The notes under the pieces were generated by a model that worked only from the letters and a program-made list of their open reading frames with translations, was not told the DNA's origin and made no database searches. The position numbers and the translations under genes were made by a program. Below are positions 56,505 to 64,000 of a DNA stretch of 64,000 nt, piece after piece. Source of the DNA: Methanobacteriota archaeon (GTDB taxonomy: Archaea; Thermoplasmatota; Thermoplasmata; SG8-5; JAGLSY01); NCBI GenBank assembly GCA_020697715.1, contig JAEHCO010000001.1, forward strand, positions 224,001-288,000, written 5' to 3'. Positions within the stretch are counted from its first letter, which is position 1. Each line of letters starts with the position of its first letter.

Positions 56505-56558
56505 TTTTAAATATAGGAGGGTGTATGTTGTATTACATAGTTCACAACAATAGGTTGT
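56505..56558 (+). promoter_or_regulatory. heat-shock operon promoter: TATA box plus ACAAC-N5-GTTGT operator
   Basis: TTTTAAATA at 56505; perfect inverted repeat at 56544-56558. Confidence 0.55.
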
Positions 56559-56572
56559 CAACTGAAGGTGAA

Positions 56573-57256
56573 ATGATGAGCGATATTGATCTTGACACGA
56601 TACTGGCCATAATCGGGAACCCCACACGTAGAAGTATTCTTAGAAAACTGGCTAGGGAAACTCATTACCCTCTCCAGTTATCAAAGGAGCTTAATATCAG
56701 CCAGCAAGCCATAATGAAGCATCTGAAGATCCTGGAAGACAATGATCTTGTTATCTCGATATTGCAAAAAAGTGATGCTGGACCACCCCGGAAATTATAC
56801 TCACCAACAAGGCGTTTTTCCATAGTGATAGACATCTCTCCAAGTACCTTTAACGAGGAGATCCGAGTGTATGAGATCGTTGAGGAGAGAAAGGTTCTAG
56901 GATCTGAAAGAGATAAGCTGGATCTAGAAGAAATGTCTGAAAAACGAGAAGAATTGATAGACCTGGCCACATCTATAAATGAAATTAATCTTAAAATAAG
57001 TGATCTGGAACATCAAAGAAAGAACATGATGCAGGAAAAAGAAGACTTCATGAAACGTGCGTATGAATTGATGGGAATGCTATGCACTGGCTATGATGAA
57101 CGCAAAGTTCTCAGATACATTCTGGAAGAAGATAATATCTCGATCAGTAAAATGAGCGAGAGATTGAACATGCGGGAGATGGACATCGAGCGCATCATGA
57201 GACGACTTGAAGACATGGGATTGCTTGAATTTCACAGAAAGATCATATACGTGTAA
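56573..57256 (+). CDS. ArsR-family heat-shock transcriptional regulator (Phr/HSR1-like)
   Basis: GNPTRRSIL..YPLQLSKEL.ISQQAIMKHL..LE..GPPRK.Y plus coiled coil; first gene of grpE-dnaK-dnaJ cluster. Confidence 0.82.
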   Translation: MMSDIDLDTILAIIGNPTRRSILRKLARETHYPLQLSKELNISQQAIMKHLKILEDNDLVISILQKSDAGPPRKLYSPTRRFSIVIDISPSTFNEEIRVYEIVEERKVLGSERDKLDLEEMSEKREELIDLATSINEINLKISDLEHQRKNMMQEKEDFMKRAYELMGMLCTGYDERKVLRYILEEDNISISKMSERLNMREMDIERIMRRLEDMGLLEFHRKIIYV

Positions 57257-57273
57257 CTGGAGGATATTGGAAG

Positions 57274-57873
57274 ATGAAGAAGAAAGAGAAGAATGTCAAA
57301 GATGAGGTTGATATTGCCGAGGAACCTGCCAGTTCTCCAGAAGTGGAGATAATGGCAGACGATCCTGAGATGACCAAGGAAGATGCGGAGCCAATGGCCA
57401 TCGATTATGAGGACAAATGGAGAAGGTCATTGGCCGATCTCGACAATATGAGAAAGAGAAGCGACAGGGAAATGGAGCATCTGAGAAAGTTCGCTTCCGA
57501 GACCCTGATACTGGATATCATGCGCTCGATAGAGGATATGGAACGAGCGATGGACATGTCCAAGATGAAAAAAGAGGACGGGGTCCAGGATGCGAAAGAA
57601 GAGCATCTGGACATGGTCAAGGGCTTCGAGATGATATTGAAGGACATGAATAGCACACTGGCAAAGAACGGTGTGACTGCGATTGAGACCGTGGGAGCTA
57701 GATTCGATCCCAATGTACATGAGGCATTGATGCAGGCTTGCACGGATTGTCTCGATGATGATAACATGGTCATCGAGGAATTACAAAGGGGCTACATGCT
57801 CCACGACAAGGTAATTAGATATGCAAAAGTAAAAGTTGCGAAATACGAAGAAGGAGGAATGAAAAATGAGTAA
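57274..57873 (+). CDS. grpE: nucleotide exchange factor GrpE
   Basis: [31 protein letters not shown]. Confidence 0.93.
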   Translation: MKKKEKNVKDEVDIAEEPASSPEVEIMADDPEMTKEDAEPMAIDYEDKWRRSLADLDNMRKRSDREMEHLRKFASETLILDIMRSIEDMERAMDMSKMKKEDGVQDAKEEHLDMVKGFEMILKDMNSTLAKNGVTAIETVGARFDPNVHEALMQACTDCLDDDNMVIEELQRGYMLHDKVIRYAKVKVAKYEEGGMKNE

Positions 57874-59713
57874 AATAATAGGAATAGATCTGGGAACGAC
57901 AAATTCGGAAGCTGCTTTTCTGGAAGCTGGCAGGCCGAAGATAATACCAAGCGCAGAAGGTAACACATACGGTGGAAAGAATTTCCCATCGGTCGTGGCC
58001 TTCACCAAAGATGGTGAGCGTTTAGTTGGAGAAGCAGCCAAAAGACAGGCTGTGCTGAATCCAGAGAGGACGATATCCAGGATCAAGAGGAAAATGGGCA
58101 CTGATTACAGTGTGTCCATTGATGACAAGAGCTATTCTCCACAGGAGATATCGGCCATGATACTTCAGAAGATCAAGCATGATGCCGAGCAATTCCTGGG
58201 CGAGGATGTGAAGCAGGTGGTCATCACGGTACCTGCTTACTATAATGATAATCAGAGACAGGCCACTAAGGATGCGGGAAAGATCGCGGGACTCGAGGTC
58301 CTCAGGATCATCAATGAGCCGACCGCGGCAGCACTGGCCTATGGATTGGCAAAGGAAGAAAGTAAGAAGATCATCGTGCTGGACCTGGGTGGCGGAACCT
58401 TCGATGTCACCATCATGGAGACTGGAGATGGTGTCTTCGAGGTCATATCCACCAGTGGAGATACGAAACTAGGTGGCAGTGATATGGATGATGCCATTAT
58501 CCAATATCTTGTTGATGATTTCAAGGCAAAGGAAGGTATCGATGTCTCCAAAGATAAGGCCGTTATGCAGAGATTGAGAGATGCAGCAGAGCGTGGGAAG
58601 ATGGAACTTAGCAGTCAGAACTCCACCACCATCAGCCTTCCATTCCTTTATTCAGATGATAGTGGACCAAAGCATCTGGAGGTCAATATGAACAGGGCGA
58701 AACTGGATGATCTCGTGATGCCAGTTGTCAAGAAATGTGAGAAGCCAATAAGGAATGCTATCAAGGATGCGAAACTTGACTTCAAGGACATTGACAAGGT
58801 CATGCTCGTTGGAGGTCCGACAAGGATGCCAGTTGTCCGTCAATTCTTCGAAAAGATCATAGGAAAAGGCGCGGAGAGCGGTGTGGATCCAATGCAGTGT
58901 GTGGCAATGGGCGCGTCCATTCAGGCCGGAGTTATGGCCGGAGATGTGGAAGATATTGTCCTTCTCGACGTCACACCTCTATCCCTGGGTGTCGAAACCC
59001 TGGGAAGCGTCAGCACCAAGCTCATCGAGAGGAATACGACCATCCCGACAAGGAAGAGCCAGATATTCTCCACAGCCGCGGATAATCAGACCAGTGTGGA
59101 GATCAATATCCTTCAAGGTGAGAGAGAAATGGCCATGGACAATATCTCACTTGGAAGATTCCACCTGGTTGGAATCCCACCCGCACCCCGAGGTATACCG
59201 CAGATCGAGGTGGCCTTTGACATTGACGCCAATGGTATCGTCAATGTTTCTGCCAAGGATCTGGGGACTGGCAAGGAGCAGAAGATCACTATAACCGCGA
59301 CCACGAACCTTTCGGATGACGAGGTCGAAAGAAAGATCCAGGATGCGGAGAAGTATGCGGAAGAGGACAAGGCCAAGCGCGAGGAGATAGACACTCTCAA
59401 TCAGGCTGACAGCATGGTGTACTCCACAGAGCGCACTCTGGAAGAGCTGAAGGACAAGATAAGCGATGAACAAAAGTCCCAGATCGAAGGAGAGCTGGAT
59501 AGTCTGAAGAAGGCTATCGAGACCAAGGAAACACAGCAGATCAAGGATAAGCTGGATTCACTTGGAAAGGTCCTCCATGAGGTCACAACGGCCATGTACC
59601 AACAGGTGGCGCAGGAACAGGCTGCCCAACAGCAGGCGGAGGAAGGCGGAGCAGAACCCGAGCCAGCTGGTGAAGGCGACTATGTCGATGCGGACTTTGA
59701 GGAAGTTGAATGA
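57866..59713 (+). CDS. dnaK: chaperone DnaK (Hsp70)
   Basis: [43 protein letters not shown]. Confidence 0.97.
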   Translation: MSKIIGIDLGTTNSEAAFLEAGRPKIIPSAEGNTYGGKNFPSVVAFTKDGERLVGEAAKRQAVLNPERTISRIKRKMGTDYSVSIDDKSYSPQEISAMILQKIKHDAEQFLGEDVKQVVITVPAYYNDNQRQATKDAGKIAGLEVLRIINEPTAAALAYGLAKEESKKIIVLDLGGGTFDVTIMETGDGVFEVISTSGDTKLGGSDMDDAIIQYLVDDFKAKEGIDVSKDKAVMQRLRDAAERGKMELSSQNSTTISLPFLYSDDSGPKHLEVNMNRAKLDDLVMPVVKKCEKPIRNAIKDAKLDFKDIDKVMLVGGPTRMPVVRQFFEKIIGKGAESGVDPMQCVAMGASIQAGVMAGDVEDIVLLDVTPLSLGVETLGSVSTKLIERNTTIPTRKSQIFSTAADNQTSVEINILQGEREMAMDNISLGRFHLVGIPPAPRGIPQIEVAFDIDANGIVNVSAKDLGTGKEQKITITATTNLSDDEVERKIQDAEKYAEEDKAKREEIDTLNQADSMVYSTERTLEELKDKISDEQKSQIEGELDSLKKAIETKETQQIKDKLDSLGKVLHEVTTAMYQQVAQEQAAQQQAEEGGAEPEPAGEGDYVDADFEEVE

Positions 59714-59815
59714 GCGACTCACAGTCGCGCATTCAAGACTTCTCAGTGCTTTCGAAGTCTTCAAAATGCAAACTACATTCGCATTTTGAAAAGCTCGAAC
59801 GAGTGAGAGGTTCGG
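59706..59815. repeat. repeat family B-related hairpin cluster, copy 3
   Basis: TTGAATG..GCATTCAA overlapping the dnaK stop, followed by TTCAAAATGC..GCATTTTGAA. Confidence 0.55.
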
Positions 59816-59934
59816 AATAAACAGAAAAATAGGAAGAAAAAGGAATGGCATAAGTCATTCGGGGAATGGTTTGTGCCATTCCCCTTTTATACTTCCACCA
59901 TTTGACCAGTGATTGAGACCCTGGAGCTCGATAG

Positions 59935-61068
59935 ATGGCTGAAAAAAGAGATTATTACGAAGTCCTTGGCGTGGACAAGAAAGCAAGCAAGGAAGAGGTG
60001 AAGAAGGCCTACAGGAAGCTTGCTAAGAAACATCATCCAGATCTCAATAAGGATGATACAAAGGCCGCGGAAGAGAAGTTCAAAGAGGTCTCGGAAGCCT
60101 ATGAAGTACTGGCTGATGATGAAAAGAAGAATTTGTACGATTCATACGGCCATGCGGGAGTGCAGAATAACTTCGGCGGAGGTGGAGGCGGAGGCTTCAA
60201 TTGGTCCGATTTCACCCATTATAATGATATCAGTGATATCTTCGGTGGAGGGGGTGGAGGAGGATCCATCTTCGACATGTTCTTTGGTGGAGGGGGTGGA
60301 GGTCGCCGAGCCAGAAGGAACGGACCCGCTCGTGGCTCCGACCTCAGATATGATATCGAGATGAGCCTGGAAATCGCGGATGAAGGAATAGAGAAGGTAA
60401 TCAACATACCCCGGAATGTCCAATGTGATGGATGTAAGGGGACTGGATCCGCGGATGGAACCACCCCAAATGCCTGTAACACATGCGGAGGCAGTGGGCA
60501 GGTCAAGAGCGTGCAGAGACGGGGTTACAGCCAGTTCATATCGATAAATGCCTGCCCAGCTTGCCAGGGAAAAGGGCAAGTGATCGAGAAGCCATGTGAG
60601 AAATGTAATGGAGCTGGCAAATACCGGAAGACCGGGAAGATATCGATCAAGATACCACCAGGATCGGACACAGGCACAAGGCTGAGACTGGCTGGTGAAG
60701 GTGAAGCGGGCTCAAGAGGCGGGCCGCCTGGAGATCTTTACATAATAGTCCATGTCCTACCACATGAGAGATTCTCCAGAGATGGAAGACATCTCTACAC
60801 AGAGACGAATATAAGCTATCCGGAAGCCGCTCTGGGTGCGGAGATCGATGTCCACACATTGAGCGGTAAGGCAAGCATGAAAGTACCTCCGGGAACACAG
60901 CCAGGGGCTATCCTTCGCCTTAGAGGGAAAGGTGTCAATTCCCTTGGAGGAAGAGGTAGAGGGGACCTGCATGTGAAGATCAATGTCGAGGTTCCCAAGA
61001 AGATGTCCAGGGATGAGAAGAAATTATTAAAGGAACTGGACAGACTGAAAAAGAAAATTAAGTCATAA
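59935..61068 (+). CDS. dnaJ: chaperone DnaJ
   Basis: J domain with HPD, G/F region, four CxxCxGxG repeats. Confidence 0.96.
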   Translation: MAEKRDYYEVLGVDKKASKEEVKKAYRKLAKKHHPDLNKDDTKAAEEKFKEVSEAYEVLADDEKKNLYDSYGHAGVQNNFGGGGGGGFNWSDFTHYNDISDIFGGGGGGGSIFDMFFGGGGGGRRARRNGPARGSDLRYDIEMSLEIADEGIEKVINIPRNVQCDGCKGTGSADGTTPNACNTCGGSGQVKSVQRRGYSQFISINACPACQGKGQVIEKPCEKCNGAGKYRKTGKISIKIPPGSDTGTRLRLAGEGEAGSRGGPPGDLYIIVHVLPHERFSRDGRHLYTETNISYPEAALGAEIDVHTLSGKASMKVPPGTQPGAILRLRGKGVNSLGGRGRGDLHVKINVEVPKKMSRDEKKLLKELDRLKKKIKS

Positions 61069-61133
61069 TCATATGAATGTGTCTTTCCTTAATTCATAAT
61101 ATGAGTTTTGTCAGGATGAGAAACATAGAAAGC

Positions 61134-61922
61134 TCAATTCATATCTTTTTTCAATAAGCTCATTTCACGCGATTCAAGAGCATCGGGATTCAAGGACACT
61201 ATCAGAGTTCCCTTCTTCGTGACCATGGATTCCGTAAGTGATTGGACAAAACTTAGAACTGAGTTGAATCCATTGTGCGAGATCATATATTCCAGACCTT
61301 CCAATACGACTATACATCCTGGGTTGCCACTCAAAAAATCAAGGATCACGGAATATAATTTTGGTAATTGAGAAGGTCCGATATAATCAAAATCATCCTC
61401 CTCCACTTCTTCAGGTGATAGGGCGATCATGCCTATTGGCGTATGATTGTCAGTCTTCTGACTTTTTGTGAGCCAGATTATCTTTTTTATGCTCACACCA
61501 TCAAACTCATCTATCTGTCCAGGTGCTTTTCGAACCACAGCGAGGCCTGTTCTACCATTTTCCACTTCACGCCTGAAGAGAGCGAAGCATTTTTGAGGCT
61601 TCAATTCCTCGATCATGTAGCTGAGGCCGGGCTTCATATCCTTCACCACTTGTATGATTGGCTCCTCCACCACGGGTATGGGCTTCACAGCATCGGAATC
61701 GATTATATCGGTGGATCCCAGCTCGGATTCCAGCTCCCTTATTTTATCCTCTATATTGATCTTCGCAGAGCTGGATTTGGTCTTCGTCACTATCATCATC
61801 TCATGCTGGGAATAGCCATCCTTGGCCATTTTTAAGAATATTTCCCAACTGTCATTGACCGCATCTCTATAGCCATGGAGATATTCCAGTCTTTTCAGTT
61901 TTTCTTCCCTTGTCTCTGCCAT
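61134..61922 (-). CDS. DUF835-like (inactivated KaiC-like) domain protein with N-terminal helical domain
   Basis: GLSYMIEE..GLAVVR..IIWLT..VVLEGLEYMISHNGF.SVL.F...L..LIVSLNPDAL..RE..LL. Confidence 0.75.
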   Translation of the reverse strand: MAETREEKLKRLEYLHGYRDAVNDSWEIFLKMAKDGYSQHEMMIVTKTKSSSAKINIEDKIRELESELGSTDIIDSDAVKPIPVVEEPIIQVVKDMKPGLSYMIEELKPQKCFALFRREVENGRTGLAVVRKAPGQIDEFDGVSIKKIIWLTKSQKTDNHTPIGMIALSPEEVEEDDFDYIGPSQLPKLYSVILDFLSGNPGCIVVLEGLEYMISHNGFNSVLSFVQSLTESMVTKKGTLIVSLNPDALESREMSLLKKDMN

Positions 61923-62101
61923 ACATTCATCTCTTTGCAATGTGATCCGTGTGTTGATCCTGCATTTACCTAGCTACTACAGCTATGTCACTTAGCTACT
62001 GTATTCCAGAATCATATAATAAGCATTACTGATGAAATTATTCAGTATAAGCTCACAAATACTACATAAAAATTATATTCCCTCCAGATATTCAAGGCCA
62101 C

Positions 62102-63265
62102 ATGACGAGCAAACATTATCTGATATTTGGAGCTGGGCAAATGGGGAAAGCAATTGCTTATGATATTGCCAAGTTCTCACCTGAGGCGGATATCACGCTG
62201 GCAGACTTGAATGTGCCAGCGGGTGAAAGTATTGTGGAATGGCTTGGTAAATGCCATCCCTCAAGACCTGGAGGTATGGTCTTTGAAAAGCTGGACGCTT
62301 CGGATGATCAGCATATTCTGAGACTGATGAAGGATGCGGATATTGCCATTGTCGCACTTCCCTATTCCTTCAATATCAGGTTATTACAACTGGCCATACA
62401 GACAGGCACACACTTTTGCGATCTGGGTGGCAATGATTCCATTGTCGGAGAGCAGTTGAAGATGCAGGAAAAGGCCAAAGAAGCTGGTGTTTTGGCCATT
62501 CCTGATTGTGGATTGGCTCCCGGGATGGCGAATGTCATCGCGATGCATTCCATAAAAGATATGGAGATCGTCAATAAGCTCCATATTCGTGTTGGTGGCC
62601 TGCCACAGAATCCAAAACCTCCATTGAACTACCAGCTCTTTTTTTCGGTCAAGGGCCTTATCAATGAATACAAAGAGGATTGCATGGTTCTGGAAGGTGG
62701 GAGGATCAAACTCCTGGATCCCATGATCGATACAGAAGAACTTCACTTTAACGGTCTTGGAAAAATGGAGGCCTTCAATACCTCTGGTGGGGCGGCCTGG
62801 CTTCCATACTTACTGGAAGGAAAGGTGGACGAGCTCAATTATAAGACCATCAGATATCCTGGCCATGCGGTGATCATCAAGGCCATGCTGGATCTCGGTC
62901 TGACAAGTGAGGAGAAACTGGAGTGCGGGTGTGATACCACTCCACGTGATGTTCTGGAAACCCAATTGATCAGATCATTGACAGGCACGGACAAGGATGT
63001 TGTTCTTGTTCGTGTTGTCGCAAGTGGTGTGGCAGATGGCCAGTCTGTGGAACGAACCTATGATCTGGATGATAGGTTCGATGATGACACTGGACTTACG
63101 GCGATGATGCGTACGACATCCTTTCCCACGGCCATTATCGCGCAGATGGTGGTTGATGGGATCATCAACGAACACGGTGTGATGACCCCGGAGACCTGCG
63201 TGCCAGGAGACCTATTGCTCAATGAAATGGAGAAGAGGAATATAATCTTCAAGATCAGCCAATGA
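62102..63265 (+). CDS. saccharopine dehydrogenase / lysine 6-dehydrogenase family oxidoreductase
   Basis: GAGQMG, DLGG, CGLAPG, VGGLP..P.PPL.Y, GLINEY, YKTIRYPGH, AM.RTT. Confidence 0.85.
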   Translation: MTSKHYLIFGAGQMGKAIAYDIAKFSPEADITLADLNVPAGESIVEWLGKCHPSRPGGMVFEKLDASDDQHILRLMKDADIAIVALPYSFNIRLLQLAIQTGTHFCDLGGNDSIVGEQLKMQEKAKEAGVLAIPDCGLAPGMANVIAMHSIKDMEIVNKLHIRVGGLPQNPKPPLNYQLFFSVKGLINEYKEDCMVLEGGRIKLLDPMIDTEELHFNGLGKMEAFNTSGGAAWLPYLLEGKVDELNYKTIRYPGHAVIIKAMLDLGLTSEEKLECGCDTTPRDVLETQLIRSLTGTDKDVVLVRVVASGVADGQSVERTYDLDDRFDDDTGLTAMMRTTSFPTAIIAQMVVDGIINEHGVMTPETCVPGDLLLNEMEKRNIIFKISQ

Positions 63266-63338
63266 TCATTGGAAAAAATGGGAAATCCCAGGGTCTTCCC
63301 AGAATCCACTTAAATATCTATATCGCATTATTAGGTAT

Positions 63339-63674
63339 ATGAATGGAAAGATGAAGGGATTGATAATTACAGCCATTATTATGATATTACTTGGCGTGCT
63401 GGTGAATCCCATATTTCCAGTTGGATTTGGAGGTATATTATTATTGATAGTATGGAACTCCATTGACGCATATGGTGGAAATCCATATAAGAAAAGGCTC
63501 ATGCTACAAAGAAAGAGCGTGTTTACGAAATCATATTACAGATCTGCTGGATCAGATGAGATCGCAGGTGATAGAAAATATGGTGTCAATCCAACTGTGT
63601 TCGTCTTCAGCCTGGGGATAATGGAGATATTTATCGGATTCATTGTGGCATTATCAGATATAGTGATCTTCTGA
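63339..63674 (+). CDS. hypothetical membrane protein
   Basis: Three hydrophobic segments. Confidence 0.5.
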   Translation: MNGKMKGLIITAIIMILLGVLVNPIFPVGFGGILLLIVWNSIDAYGGNPYKKRLMLQRKSVFTKSYYRSAGSDEIAGDRKYGVNPTVFVFSLGIMEIFIGFIVALSDIVIF

Positions 63675-63686
63675 TCGCCTATGTTC

Positions 63687-63728
63687 TTTCTGATCGCCTA
63701 TATTTTGAATATCACTAGCGATTAGAAA
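63687..63728. repeat. hairpin repeat family C, copy 2
   Basis: TTTCTGATCGCCTAT..TCACTAGCGATTAGAAA. Confidence 0.65.
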
Positions 63729-63769
63729 AACTAATACGATTATATTCATTATTTATTCAGAGTATTTGT

Positions 63770-64000
63770 TTACCTATCTAGTTCTGAAAGGCCCATCCTC
63801 TCAAGTACCAGATCCGTGATATTGCTCTCATCCACCTGGGCCATGATGCCGAATTCACTGGCTCGGCCGATATCTGGCTCCAGGACAGTGTCATCACATT
63901 GCCACCCCATACGAGTTAGAAAAATATCTGGGTCTACATCCCCATGTATTATGATGGCAAGGCTCTCCAAATCGGCTTTAATCCCCATCTTCTGGATAGC
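63770..64000 (-). CDS. cgi121: probable KEOPS subunit Cgi121, C-terminal part (truncated by window edge)
   Basis: AIQKMGIK...DLVLERMGLSEL pattern typical of the Cgi121 C-terminus. Confidence 0.5.
   Translation of the reverse strand, partial: AIQKMGIKADLESLAIIIHGDVDPDIFLTRMGWQCDDTVLEPDIGRASEFGIMAQVDESNITDLVLERMGLSELDR

Overview
Archaeal chromosomal segment, most consistent with an uncultured anaerobic, peptide-fermenting Thermoplasmata (Thermoplasmatota) lineage. Support comes from Por/Ior oxidoreductases, kae1, cdc6, archaeal alaS, trm1, rps17e, TFS, an Alu-domain SRP RNA, a PGF-CTERM protein and grpE-dnaK-dnaJ with an ArsR-type heat-shock regulator. Most genes are housekeeping or metabolic, and I see no transposase, integrase or CRISPR array. 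Five features stand out. (1) A dispersed candidate signalling/scaffold network: four single-domain KaiC-like ATPases (two with an unusual GxxGxMK Walker A, each beside long acidic coiled-coil proteins), a DUF835-like protein and two longin/roadblock-like domains. (2) A four-copy structured intergenic repeat whose 3' hairpin resembles IS200/IS605 right ends; two copies flank an AT-richer gene in inverted orientation next to tRNA-Asn. (3) A non-catalytic NucS-N/RQC/HRDC fusion protein. (4) A CBS plus HPF-like ribosome hibernation factor candidate. (5) A candidate structured ncRNA upstream of tfs, and recurrent direct-inverted-direct duplications of gene 3' ends. All family assignments are by-eye motif recognition, not database searches.
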